Source of the DNA: Mizuhopecten yessoensis
Taxonomy: Eukaryota
Assembly: GCF_002113885.1 (NCBI RefSeq)
Contig: NW_018407085.1
Coordinates: 58,766 to 122,765 of the forward strand
Direction of reading: 5' to 3'
DNA length: 64,000 nucleotides
Shown: positions 15,104-27,752 of the stretch, piece after piece
Numbering within the stretch: the stretch's first letter is position 1
Layout of the letters: each line of letters opens with the position of its first letter
Made by a program: the position numbers and the translations under genes
Notes under the pieces: model-generated
What the model was told of the DNA's origin: nothing
The model's input: only the letters and a program-made list of their open reading frames with translations
Database searches by the model: none

Positions 15104-15508
15104 GTTATTAAAATGCTGGTTGCTATCATCATCATATTCATCGTTTGCTGGGCCCCTCTACTCATCAACAACGTCCTGGTGGGATTCAAACTGTTGCCTG
15201 ACCTTAATATCAACCACCACAAACATATTCGTGAGGCCCTCCACATCATGGCGTACTCAAATAGTTGTGTCAATCCAGTGGTCTATACGTTCATGTCCCG
15301 TAACTTCAAGGAAACGTTCAAACAAACCCTGTGTGGCTGTCTGCGCAAGCCCAGACGTTACAGGAAGAACACTTTGGAAGCGGGAACTTCACTCCAAAAT
15401 GGTAAAACATACAATACTTGTATTAACGGAGAGACCAGCGTGATTGTCAATAGAAACGCAGTCGAGTTGTCTAATTGTCGATACGGAACCAACGCCGAAT
15501 CCGTGTAA
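15104..15508 (+). CDS. Terminal coding exon (TM6-TM7 and C-tail) of a rhodopsin-family (class A) peptide GPCR
   Basis: Acceptor ttgcatttcag| at 15103; VIKMLVAIIIIFIVCWAP (CWxP), NSCVNPVVY (NPxxY), helix-8 MSRNFKETF and CGC; stop TAA; AATAAA at 15573. Upstream exons not identified. Confidence 0.93.
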   Translation, partial: VIKMLVAIIIIFIVCWAPLLINNVLVGFKLLPDLNINHHKHIREALHIMAYSNSCVNPVVYTFMSRNFKETFKQTLCGCLRKPRRYRKNTLEAGTSLQNGKTYNTCINGETSVIVNRNAVELSNCRYGTNAESV

Positions 15509-15600
15509 CACAACAGTACATGTTACGCTATACTACAACATAGTGAACTCGTACGAAACTGTAGTAAATGAGAATAAACTCGTGTTTTTAAATTGCAACA

Positions 15601-15792
15601 TACTGTGAAATTAGATATTTTCGTGGGGCCCACATTTCGCGGTTTCCCGAAAAAAAAAAATCGTGGGTACATGTATTCGTGTATTACGAATACCCACTCA
15701 TACGGAGAAAGTATTTATGTCAAACTTTTAATTACTGCGTGGGCCTATGCATTTTGGGGGATTACCCCACGAAAATGAGTGAGTTCACGGTA
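15601..15792. mobile_element. MITE-like element with imperfect ~28-bp TIRs and TA ends, just downstream of the GPCR stop
   Basis: TActgtgaaattagatattttcgtgggg versus reverse complement of ccccacgaaaatgagtgagttcacggTA. Confidence 0.6.
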
Positions 15793-16305
15793 GTGTGAAC
15801 TTATGCTGTACTTTGGTACATGACATCATGGTGAACTCGTGTGGTACTGACTGTACAAAAGAACGGCAAAATGAAAGTTTGAGTAAACTATAAGGTACGC
15901 GATGAGGAACAACAATTTCTATTAGCTACCATGTATATGTTAGATATATCGGAGCAATGTCAAAACTACGATAGCGTGTGAACGAGACTACACTTACACG
16001 AAAGCTACATGTAGCATGGAATTCAAAAGAACACAACAGTTTATTTAAAAAAACATGATGAAATAAATAGTCATTGTTTCAGAGGAATGCGATGTTATTT
16101 GTTTTCTCATGTGATGTCCAGTAATTACATTATTAAAAATAATATTGTAGTAATGAAGAAGTTCTTACAAAAAAAAAGTATTGAATGGCGATGTGCCTTT
16201 TTTCTTTATTTCATGATCAGCGAGAAAATAAAGGGATTACTATACTTTATTTGATCTGTGAAAGGACATCAACATTAACATCCTCGACTGGTATTTTGCG
16301 AATGA

Positions 16306-16496
16306 AGTAGTGGTGTTTTACCGGTGCCTCCTCCACACATTTTGTGGAGGGTGTGGAGGGTGACCTTTTGACCTAGATATGCATGTATGACGCAATAGGG
16401 GAGGGAAAAACCCGTGGAATGTGTGGAGGTGATACCGGTTAAACAGACCTTAGACCTATATATGCATGTATGACGCAATAGGGGACGGGAACCCAT
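16306..16496 (+). repeat. Left TIR of the Polinton (ends beside an N at 16498); contains two internal direct repeats
   Basis: Reverse complement of 32174-32365 with few mismatches; gacctagatatgcatgtatgacgcaatagggga-like motif occurs twice. Confidence 0.95.
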
Positions 16497-18739
16497 ANGG
16501 TTGTATTTAAAAAACAAGTATTTTCAAAAATGTAATAAAAAAAAATGTGGAGTGATTGAATGTTTTTTTCGTCAATACCTTAGTACATAGGACAGGCTAA
16601 GCTTTAAATACATGTGATTCAAACTCTGTAATCATATTGGTGTAAGGAATGAAATTAAGTTTGTCAAAGTATACAACCTTCCAACCTATACTGTTAAAGG
16701 CATAACGATGTTTAACAAAAGTAAAACTTTAAAACCAAGAAATATACACACAACATTTAGCATTCATAGACAAGATATGCATAGTAAGAGGTAGTTTTTG
16801 AGTATTTAAAAAACAAGTATTGTCAAAAAACTAAAAACCAAGATTTGGAACGGTTAAACTTTTTTCATAAATTTGCATAAAATGTTTTAAAATAAAACTT
16901 TACAAACTTTTTTTTCATCAATTTGCATAAAATGTTTTAAAATAAAACTTTACAAACTTTTTGATGATTCGACTAGAAATTTACATAAAAGCAATAAATG
17001 GTTTAAGGAATAAAGATAGACCAACCAAATTAAATAAATTCCAAATATAAATCTTTCTCAAGTTATGTTTGTAAAAACTTAACAATGTTAGATAAAAACA
17101 ATTACAAGACTTTTATAATCAAGAAATATGTACACAACATTTTGTAGCATAAACAGACTTACACAGTGTGAGGTAGATTATGGGAATGAGTTCTAAAAAG
17201 TGTTTTATCATTTAGTTATCATAAAATGTTTCAAAATTTAACTTTAAACACAAGTATAGTGGATTAAGTACATGGGATGCATTATACAATGATTTGAAAT
17301 AAAACTTTTGATAAATAGATAGTTGATTCAAGTACATAGTGTTCACTCAGCTTTTACTACAAATAAACAACATCTGTTATACCTCACTGAAACATCAATA
17401 GATCCAGTCTACTGAATGTAACCTTTGTCAAACAAAAATTCTAAAGATGTCTAAACTCCTAGATTTCAATATAGCCTAAGACTAAGTCTAGTACAATGTC
17501 TATTCATACCATAGTCAGAACATTTTAACGACATGGGAGTAGGCCTTCCGCGATTTTTAAGGTAATCATTGTGGTTGTTTGCTGTGTAGATATTACAAGG
17601 TACACCATTGCGATAATGAGAAGCTGATCAAGGAGGTTGGTCGTACGACTGGCATGAAATAAAAACACGAACACATAAGCGAATTAGTGAGGATATTAAA
17701 AGATCTTTGGAATGAAAAACAATTCCCCTATGACGATTCAAGGTACACCATTGCGATAATGAGAAGCTGATCAAGGGGCGTTGATATTTCTTGATAATTC
17801 AGGATGAAAAATCATATCGAGGAGAAAGCCTATGTTTTGTTATGTTATGTTATGTAACGTTGAGGGATAACACCAGATTGGAAGGAAATGTCTTTATTTA
17901 ACAATATGTGGACTTTCATACTAACAGTAGGTGATGTAAAGATGGCGATGAGTTAAAATGAACTCGTAAGGTCTCATAGGTATCTAAACACCCTAACAAA
18001 GAGTCGACATTTGGTGTATATATATGGAGACTACACAAATGGCTCAAGGGACTATTAATCGCATAGTCAACGACAAAATCCTTCTGACAAACATACCACA
18101 CAGTAAATTGTTGTCTAGGTACTAAGCAACTCTTCCCTTCAAGAAGATAGGCATGATATGTAAGAATGGGAGGAGGGATAAAACGAAATTAGAGGGAATA
18201 GTTTTACTTAGAAATGTGTTTCCTTCTTTGGTATATATAGTCATTTAACTACGTCAGGTAATTAAGTTACCTGATCTTATACACAACAGCCACCATACAC
18301 CCACAGGTCACTACACAAGTCAATCCCCCACCAATCCAAACAACAAGATAAGTACATTCTATATACATCAAAGCTAGGATTTCCATCTCTACCTACAGTA
18401 CTGATAAATTATTAGTTCTCTGGAAGAGTCAACACTTAAACCGTCTCAGCCTGTCTGAGACAATTTCTCATTTTCGTCGTACAAGTCCAATCAAATGATT
18501 GGAACAATTTCTTTTTTGATTTCAAATAATATAAAAACTTCAAGAGACCCAGTTCAGTTGACTTTTTTATACAAAGTAACCTACAACATTTGTCTGATTT
18601 CAAGATGCCTTAAATGATCTAACTGAAATAATAGCTTTGCATAAGTCAAGTGGAATAGTTGCCAGTCTTGTACTGTCTATATTGCAAGTAAAAAGGTCAA
18701 CACAATTTTTGTAAACGTGTATGGAACTTTATAATAATA

Positions 18740-19720
18740 AAAAAAACACAGTATTTGTAAAACAATTTCAATCAATAAACGATATGGAAAAAGGTTTTTA
18801 CAGTGTGTGACAAGTTTGTTTTAGTATTCATGAAGATTTACAACAACGAAAGTCTTTTCGAGCTAACCCTAACCCTAACCCTAACAGGTATGAGTTAAAT
18901 TAAAGTATTTTGTTAAAGAAATTGACACAAAAGTACCTTGACAAACAACTTTTCATTAGAGATGTTATTCAAAAGTATACTTATTTTTAAATTAAACCTC
19001 TGACAGATGTAAAATAGTTTTAAATGCACAACATTTATAAAACAATTTAAATTAGGAAACGTTATGTAAACAGGTTTTTGCATAGTATGTGACAGGCTGT
19101 TTTAGTATTTATGAAGATTTACAACAACGGAAGTCTTTTCAAGTTAAAATTTTAGCAGGAACGAGTTAAATTAAAGTGTTTTGTTAAAGTAATTGACACA
19201 AAAGTATGATGACGGACATTTTATAACATATTTTTATTCAAAAGTATACCTGCTTTCAAATAAAACCTCTGACAGATGTGAGCTAGTTAAAAATTCACAG
19301 CATTTGTAAAAACCATTTTAATCAGAAAACTTAACGAAAATTGATTTTTACATAGTATGTGACAGTTTGTATTAGTTTTTATGAAAATTTACAACAACGA
19401 AAGTCTTTTCAAGTTAAATTATTCACAGGTATGAATTAAATTAAAGTATTTTGTTAACGAAATTGACGCAAAATTATTTTGACACACTTTTCATATCATA
19501 TTTTATGCAAAAATGTACCTATTTTTAAATAAAATCTCTAACAGATGTGAAAAAGTTTAAAATTCTCAGCATTTGTAAAACCATTTTAATCAACGTCGAG
19601 GATTTACAAAATTTTCAAGTTACCCTTTCAACAGGTATGAGTTAAATTAAAGTATTTGGTTAAAGAAATTGACACAAAATTATCTTGACAAACAACTTTT
19701 CATAAGATATGTGAAAACAG
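18740..19720. repeat. ~270-280-bp degenerate tandem repeat (about 3.5 copies) in the Polinton non-coding arm
   Basis: gaagatttacaacaacgaaagtcttttc...ttaaattaaagtattttgttaaagaaattgacac recurs at ~18832, ~19113, ~19383 and partly at ~19600. Confidence 0.85.
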
Positions 19721-20632
19721 TGAACACCAACAACAAATATAAGATACAAGATACATCAAAATCGATTTGACTTTTGTCATATTCCCATCTCTAACCAGAA
19801 CACTGATAACTTCTAAGTTTACAAACAAAATCTGTCAACATGTTAGGTGTTAGCATAAAAATGGAAACAACATATACCATTTATTTAACGATTGTTAGAA
19901 TCCAACAATTGAAAAAGAGTTTCAAAAGAAAATAATGCTTTGTTCTTACACTTTTTCTCGGAGTAGTACAGATACAACAGTAAAGTAAGTAAATTTGGTT
20001 ACTAAACGAATGTGATAAAGTCTCCGTTAGAATACATATGTAAATAGATGTATACACTTCTCTGTATTGAGATATCTATAGAAACAAACAAAAGTTTCCT
20101 ATTTGAATCAATATGTGTTAATAAAATAAAATAATCTTTAAAAAGGGGAAAAATAAAAAATTAGCATTTGACAAAGTGTATGACAAAGAAAAGTTCTAAA
20201 TACGCTGTGATCGAAATTTACGCTACAATTTAGCTAATTGATATTTAACTACTTTAACAAATGGATGTTTTTGTTGATACCTTTCAAAAGTATAATTGCT
20301 TTCGGCTCATTTTATTTGTTTACCTGATATGGCTACTTTTATGACGTTAGTACTGAACATGTATATTAGTATAAAATGCAAATAATTGTCGGTTGCAGAT
20401 CTTATGGGGTTGGGTTTTTTTTAATCGTAAAATATTCTTAAGTGTTCGATGCTGGTGATAAAATACCTAATGAGACAAAAAAGAATCCTATGCCGTAGAG
20501 ATGGTTAACCATTAAAACCGAGAACAAGTTACTTACTCATCCATTGCATTTGAGTTGACAGAATGGAATACTCACTAGTCTACAGGCGGATACCAGAGTA
20601 CTATATAGAAAACTCAAGGTACGAAGTATCAA

Positions 20633-20872
20633 ATGGAAGCTCTCGAGAAAATTGCAAAATTCATGCTGAATGGCTTGCTCAACATCTTGCAACATGATTT
20701 TGAGACATTTAGAAGACATCTGACTATGCTAAGACAAGTCATTTCTCCGGCTATATCTTTAACAAGAAAACGAAATTGTCTTTTGAGGCATCATAGTTTA
20801 CTGCCTAGATTATTAAGGGAGTATTATCTCAATCAAACGACCATTCTTGAAATTCGAAACGCAGACGAATAG
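20633..20872 (+). CDS. Small Polinton ORF resembling the conserved basic family ALxEIAxNxLxG...RHxxxLR...SLxRKR
   Basis: EALEKIAKFMLNGLLNIL...RRHLTMLRQVISPAISLTRKRNCL; family recalled from group-1 Polintons; convergent with PolB. Confidence 0.45.
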   Translation: MEALEKIAKFMLNGLLNILQHDFETFRRHLTMLRQVISPAISLTRKRNCLLRHHSLLPRLLREYYLNQTTILEIRNADE

Positions 20873-21335
20873 ATTCGTGTATAACATTTACATTCTATCT
20901 TCGAGTCAATACCACACCGAAAGATTGTACGGACCCATCTTTGGGAGGATGCGATGCGTGGTTGCCAATGATCTTTTTGAGGATTAAGAATAATCAGAAA
21001 TTGTTCCTGAAGTTGAACTAACAGAATATTGTTTGGAAAACGAGGAGAACAGGGTGCCATCCTCTGGCATACCGTAAAATGTTGTAAGAGCGTAAGTCAC
21101 TGGTGCAGACTTGAAAATCTCGTAAACTTGACCTGCTACACATCAGATAGTATCCCTTCATACAACTATATATTTACAAGAAAAAAAAAGAAAAAAAAGA
21201 AAAAAGTTACAAACTAAATTTTATTTTGCAACCATACAATAAAGTATACTTCTCTAAAAATGTACAATAAATAAGTAAAATGCTTGTATTTTCGACTTTT
21301 CGACAAGTATGACTTTGTAATCATTAAAATTGTAT

Positions 21336-24321
21336 TCAATGTATATCGTTTTTTATTTTATAATGACCATGTGCCCACGTTTCACCATTTGGTGTTACGT
21401 GGCGTTTGTCGTCAAAACTACAGAGGCCGGCTTTTTTCTGATGGTGTATACGTGCAAGTCATGTCTGTCACTTCTGATGGAATTCATATCACACATTATC
21501 GTTTTAGATTTAAACAGACATTCTAGATACATGTCGTGACGTAAATCATGCACGATGGTACATTTATTGATACCCTTAGCTATCTGTTTTGACTTAAGGT
21601 CAGAGCTGTTATCGTAAGCATAGGAATACATTTTAGGTCTCAATCCGAGAAACTCTTGTAAAATCTTCCCACCTAATTCGTCTTTAAACTTTCCCGGTAT
21701 TTTTTTGTTTGTGACGTCATAGATTGGATGATTGGTAGGATAATTGGATAGATCGAACAGATGTTAGTCTTCATGTAGTGTTTCGTACAGGTCTGAAACA
21801 TCCGATATTTCATACATCAAACTGTCAGTGTCAGTCAATAACAGACGTATGTTCTGGTATTTAGATAGCACGTGGTTGTAGTGGAAATCGTACATGATAC
21901 ATTTAGAGAGATCCAAAATACACTGACCGACATATACAGGTTTGTCGAGTATCAGTACGTTCTCCATGGTTTTACCAAAGACAGAGTTATTCATTTAATT
22001 TAAAGAAATCTTTTTCGAATTCGGAAGATGTTTCCCTTCTATTTTGACTGTTAAAATCAATGTAAGACTTCAACCACGTATACTGTCTAAACTGTTAAAC
22101 TCGGTGAATTTTTGTCAGTTTTATTCCTAACTCTAAGTACAGTTGTAAGTTTCTGTAATGACATATATATTTCGTCTTGTTTTCGAGCGAGGGTACGAGT
22201 TTAGGGGTGGCAACGCGTCCCCACAGTTTGCTGTCGGTATGTTTGGGACTGGGGTGTAATTCTTTCCATAATTCTTTGCTATGAGGGGATAACATTGCAT
22301 CGGGAATGACTTTAGTTTCCGGAGCGAGCGGATAGTCCGAATGGAGATTGTGTAGTTTTGACGGGTATTCTAGATCTACTTCTAAGACGTAACCCGTATC
22401 ACTATCTATAGGTATGTTTTGAACATCAAAATGTTCCACATTGTCAACCCACTGGACACGCCACCCCGTACCCCGCTCTCAAAAAACAGATAGATATATG
22501 AATCAGTTAGTAATTCTAAACTAACCCCGGTCATTTTGAGTGCAGCACTTCATGCAAGTCCATGACTCGTATAAAAATGAGCCGGATCTAACTCGTAATA
22601 GTTCATGCACATGGTTCTAAAATTTTCAAACACATCTGCTAGGAGAAGAACGTCGGTCTTCAAATAGAGATCATGATATTCTCCTAAATTCCTAATGTTT
22701 AGTGTATTCCAAACACTCTGCGCATGCTCATAATCTGTTTTGCTAATGTTTGATTTGCTCAGTTGACTGGTACAGGCTGACTTTGATGGTAAAGATGTTT
22801 CGTCAAATCTGTCTACACTGTCTACATACTCGTATGGGTAAACACATAAAGACTACACATGTGACATTTTTTGCTAGTTTGAAACTTCCACTCATTTTCT
22901 GGAGACATGACTTAAGGTTCTACATGTTTTAAAATGTCTTTGATTTCTTTTTCTTCTTCCAATATGTGTTCCAAAAAAGTTTTACTCACGTTTGGTCCGC
23001 GATAAATGTCGGGGGGTTTTGTATACTTTTCGTCTACGCTAACGACCTGATAACCAAACCCACAAGGTTCGAATTTTGTACTTCGAGTCGTACTCGATTG
23101 TTTTGGATTGGGTAGACATGTATCCATTCTCTGAGCGAACGTTTCAAAATCAGCATAGATGACAAATGGTACTTTTAACTGTTTAGCAAAACTGACAAAT
23201 TCTAATATGTCTTCACCTTCATCTGGAAGTTCCACATGTTTAGGATCGTGTTTGGAACAGTATTGAATGCGATTGTCTTATAAGTCATTTCTAGTAAACC
23301 CCTGAAGACAATAATGACAAAAATAAGTCTTATGTTGTGTTGTTTTAGTTCAAGATAAAAACTTATCAAGGTTCCTAATGAGACAACAATGACTCTTCCC
23401 ACCTTCTTTTAAATACAATAAATTGACATGATGACGCACTTGCCGTATTTTTGTGACATACATGGGAAATATTTCCTTATCCTCGTATCCAAACACATTT
23501 ACAGAAATGTCATTTTGTTTTTCAAACTTTTCTAATTGCAACATTGTTACGGTATAAACATTCCCAGTCATATCCAGTTCCTGTTCATAAGACATGAAGT
23601 TTGTCACTCGTTCTTGAACCTGATGATTGGGATGGAGAGACGCCAGGACAGACCCTAAGAACACTTTTCGTCTTTGTTGATAACGTTGATGAGATGAGAA
23701 AATTGAAACGTAGCCGGTGTTGGTAAGTAGGACGAACCACTTAAAGGTGAGTAGTTGGTAAAAATATATAGCTTTTGCTTCGAAAATGTGGATAGGATTG
23801 TTGTTTGTTTCCTTCTTTATCCTCCTTCTCCAGTTCTACTTGAATGCAGATGCACCACTTAATGCCGTGTAAAGAATGACACTGCTCTGTAATATGTTTC
23901 ACTACCTCCTCCCGCGTACTGCTAAAGAAAGTTAGTAAATCAGCATTGTCACCATCATCAGGGGAAACAGATCTCACATTGGCCGAGCCATTCAAGCTGC
24001 TTTCATCAGAAAACTGATGCATAGACCCTGGTGACTGTACGGGAGACAGTACATGAGAAGGTCCAGATATGGGAGGCAATGTGGACATGGGAATGGTTTC
24101 TCGTGAGCTGCCAAATGTCTCTTGAAATTGTCTAATCTTCTAATACGTTTATTACAAACGTAGAATTGGTAGTCCTCAGAGTCGGCCAATCGTACCTTTT
24201 TAGGAGGTGGTTGGTTTTCTTTGTTCTCTCCGAGTGCCTTTTTTAGCTTTCGTAATCATTCCGCTACAACATCGTCGGGGAAGTCTCGACATAGCTGCTC
24301 TATAGATGGTAGTTCGGCCAT
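21336..24321 (-). pseudogene. Protein-primed family B DNA polymerase (pPolB), fragmented
   Basis: Across frames: N-terminal C2H2-like finger (VCNK...FKRHLAAHEKPFPCPHC), FEKQNDISVNVFG, ExoI YADFE, VYPYEY, YLKTDVLLLADVFENFR, GVRGG, GYVLEVDLEYP, NNSVFGKTMENV, TDTDS, GKFKDE, LRPKMYS, KGI and terminal DDKR...GHY, stop at 21336; many stops, frameshifts and deletions. Confidence 0.95.
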
Positions 24322-24533
24322 GGCAGCCGATTACACTATGAGCTGATGTTATCGAAAGCTGTAGTTATATACACCGTAGAGGGAATGGTGTAATGTTTGA
24401 AGAGGTTATATATAGGCATGCTGCAATTGTGTGGACAGCTCTTATATCCACATAGCATGATGGGCATCTATACATTGTGTCTATTTATAGATGTGATGTA
24501 AAGTTGAAGGAAAATTTAGATCTTAAATGATAA

Positions 24534-24815
24534 TCATTTACGCTTGACGGATTTGTGTAAATTCTTCAGAAAACATTCCGGTGTATCTTCTACTGCTAAC
24601 TTCCCTCCCTTCTGTTGCTTATCCGGTCTGATTTCTCCATCCTCATCAGTTTTTTGTTGGTCTGTTTGATTTATTTCTTTAGTGTCGGTAGATTTTAGAT
24701 TGTGATTTGTATGTTCTTCGTTTTGTGTCTGTTTTTCGTTTTCATCAGAGGTGTTATCATCTTCGATTAATCTGCCATATCTAGTCTTTGTTATCAAGAC
24801 GAGTTATCTTGCCAT
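24534..24815 (-). pseudogene. Polinton small ORF (MAR*LVLITKTRYGRL..., charged low-complexity middle) with a premature stop at codon 4
   Basis: ATG at 24815 is in frame with ORF 24534-24797; N-terminus resembles recalled MAxKxVLV...YxxL Polinton ORFs. Confidence 0.45.
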
Positions 24816-24823
24816 TGTTGATA

Positions 24824-25071
24824 GGTGTTGATAAATATTGGTAAAACTCAAAGTAAAGCTGGGAATCTCTTTGGTGTTATATTTTCAGCTAACACTTTTC
24901 TGTTTAGATACAGTCTTTTTATCCGCATCAATCAGACATCGGTATGTTATCCATGACTGTATTTTATATGATTTCTGTTAATAATTGTAATTGTTCTCTA
25001 GTAAGCGTGTTTATGATGAGCGTCTGCTGATGTCGAGGTGCAGAAAGCATAAAGTCGAGAAAATATTTCAT
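24824..25071 (-). pseudogene. Degraded Polinton small basic protein (MKYFLDFMLSAPRHQQTLIINTLTREQLQLLTEII*NTVMDNIPMS)
   Basis: ATG overlaps the ATPase stop (ATGA); pattern QLxxLxEIxxNxxxxNIP; internal stops; absent from the ORF track; 3' end approximate. Confidence 0.5.
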
Positions 25072-25751
25072 TTTTTTGGTTCATAGACGATTGGATCCTC
25101 TCCGGGCAATATCCTGGTGCGAAGTGGGTGAAGTTCTGTCGGACCATCCACAATATTCAACGATGGGCCGTGTGGACTGACGTCGACAAAAAGATATCCA
25201 TATCTTTTAGAAACGGCAGAAAGGTAACTCTGTCTAAAATATTCTAGCCGTTTGGGAAACATTTGTCTTCCCAATGTCTCGATTTGTGCCTGATCTCTAT
25301 AATTTCTAAACAGGATAAAGTAATGAGCGTTTAAACTTAAAGTGCGCATGACCTGCCCCTTCTGAAATACGTTCTGTACTAAAAATATGACCGTCACATT
25401 TTGTGACCCTATGCAAAACATTTTCATGAGGTGTACGGAATTAGATCCTTCTATCAAACAGTCGTCTAGTACGATTATCTTGTGTTTATCTGTAACAGAA
25501 GTCCATTCTTCAAACTGTGTTTCGTCTAAGATCCCTTTAACGAAGGTAATTTCTTTGATATTACTTTTAAGTTCATCAAACATAGGTTGCCAAGTATCGT
25601 AACAGATCATAATCTTAGCCGTAGGCTGACTAAACAAACCATCGGCATGCTCTAATATTTGTTTCATCAGAAATGTTTTACCACTTCCAGAGCTACCTGC
25701 TAACTGTATCGTGGCAGGGCAGACAATGGGAACCAGACTTGTCTGTGACAT
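25068..25751 (-). CDS. FtsK/A32-like genome-packaging ATPase
   Basis: Walker A GSSGSGKT, Walker B IIVLDD, VQNVF, RTLSLNAHYFILFRNYRD, YGYLFVD; open 227 aa. Confidence 0.93.
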   Translation of the reverse strand: MSQTSLVPIVCPATIQLAGSSGSGKTFLMKQILEHADGLFSQPTAKIMICYDTWQPMFDELKSNIKEITFVKGILDETQFEEWTSVTDKHKIIVLDDCLIEGSNSVHLMKMFCIGSQNVTVIFLVQNVFQKGQVMRTLSLNAHYFILFRNYRDQAQIETLGRQMFPKRLEYFRQSYLSAVSKRYGYLFVDVSPHGPSLNIVDGPTELHPLRTRILPGEDPIVYEPKK

Positions 25752-25789
25752 GATTCAAAATGAAAACAGGTAAGTGAAAGTTCGATGTT

Positions 25790-26203
25790 TTATTGGTATT
25801 CTTGACAACATGATTGGTACCCATCACCAGTTTGAAAACAAAACGGAAAGGACTTATAGATATAATCATATACAAATTCATCGTTATGCGTATAATCATC
25901 ACTAATTACATTAACTATAGACTTGAGAGATACATTTCTACATCTATTAAGCAAATAAAATAAACAACATTGACCACACACGTTAGATCTAACACTCTGT
26001 AATCGTGTTACATTAAACGCTGTACATTTTGAAAGTGAAAAGTATTTTGGTGGATGGCAATAACTGTCAAAAAAATCCTTTTTTGTTGATGATTCCATAA
26101 AATAGGCCACCCAATGTCGTCCCGGTTGATGGCTTTCGTCGGTATTGACAATAAATCCGGCGGGAAATTGTTCTATATGTATTTCGATCATGTGCATATA
26201 CAC
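25790..26203 (-). CDS. Adenain-like cysteine (maturation) protease; N-terminus probably frameshifted
   Basis: IVNTDESHQPGRHWVA (His), FFDSY (Asp), RLQS (Gln), VCGQ (Cys). Confidence 0.92.
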   Translation of the reverse strand: MYMHMIEIHIEQFPAGFIVNTDESHQPGRHWVAYFMESSTKKDFFDSYCHPPKYFSLSKCTAFNVTRLQSVRSNVCGQCCLFYLLNRCRNVSLKSIVNVISDDYTHNDEFVYDYIYKSFPFCFQTGDGYQSCCQEYQ

Positions 26204-27752
26204 CTATGTTAAAGGGACATCACGGTGAAGTAACTTTATTTTTTGTCTTTTTTTCAAATACTACATAAACATATCAAGTGAGACTCCTTATGGAAAATAC
26301 CGTTCGGATTTGGCTGAAATAGATTCATAAAAATGATTAAATCTAAGAAAATCATCGGTATTTCTACCTGTCTGACCAACGGATTTCCCTCTACTAGCGC
26401 ATGCGCATAGCACACCATTTCTTTGTAAACAAAATGACTGACCATGTGAAGTAAGCGAAAGAAAAGTGTTGTACCATGTCAGCTACGAAACGAAAAGTTG
26501 GCAAATGGTCAAAGATAGCGCAAGGAGTACGGAATCATTATTGCAGGTGGGCAGTATTCAAAGGAGAAAATAACTGCCGTAGCAGTTAGTACGGTGCATG
26601 TATTCTTTCGGATAGCCGGTTAAGCTGAAATGGAATCGACAGAAATGCTAGCGCTGTTTATGTTATGAATAAATATCTAAAACTATTAAGCTCGCTAGTA
26701 TCTTTGTCTGAGTTTGAACACAGATGAACTTAGTTTAATATGTTAATGGGCATGTATTGGAGAGAGTTTACTTTGTGTTTCTATAATTATACAGCGGTTT
26801 ATGCGAGAGGAAGGGATAAGTGACTGGTTAGTTTGATTTTTCCATGAGGCCCTCCAAGGGATAACTGTTGTGATGGCCCTCGGCGTATTTTCTGGGTCAC
26901 CGAGATACGTGTTATCGAAGTCCGTGGATTTACATAATTTATAATATTACCGGGTTCAATAAAATGGTATGATTTAATTATATTGCTGAATTAAACGATT
27001 ATTTTTGTTTTTACATGCAAGATTTAAATTAGTACTAATATGAATACCCGGCCTCCTCTGCCCCGGCAATATATAAAAAAAAATCAGAAAGGTTTGTCCC
27101 TTGGTGTAGGGAAGGTGTTTAGCCCCGTACCATCTGTACCGGCCACATTCCGGTACTAAATTCAATATATATTTAAATATATCTACTTTATGTTTATGCC
27201 TATTATCATTGTTGACATTTAATTGTAAATGTATGACGGGAGAAGGCTGTGATAAATTGTAAAAACTTGTGCCCCATCCCTTGTTTAATTTTATTGGCAA
27301 CAAATTTATGTTTAAAGCTAAATAAATTTAAATTCTGAACATTGGCAAGTGTGCAATTAACTTCTAATGATGAATAATTACTGTTCAATAAGTTTGAATA
27401 CGGACTTAGAAATCATATAACTTGGTTTCATAGTGCGGTAAGAAGTTGCAGTTGCCTGACGGCCCCTCTCTGGGGGCCCCTTTGGAAACCGTTTCATCTC
27501 GCTCGCACCACTTGTGTTTACTGCCTAGTCAGGTGACGTTATCGGCGCTATTCTTAGCAGGGCTTTCCCGAACAATTCAAGTGGTCAAACTGGACATTTT
27601 GAACGGACTATGAATATGGGGATAGCGTGGTAACATAGGTGGAAGTGCATACAATACATACATTCATTAAAAAAACGCCTTTTCACGTTATGTCCCTTTA
27701 AGCTCTTTCATGATAAAATCACAATTAATAACGCAACGAAGTTGATTGGTAT

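Noticed and set aside
14901-15443. 180-aa ORF
   Set aside because: Alternative frame overlapping the GPCR exon and its intron
16275-16517. Similar ORFs here and at 32144-32353
   Set aside because: Both are translations of the Polinton TIRs
18863-18885. Chromosome end or telomere
   Set aside because: Fewer than four units, embedded within an internal repeat
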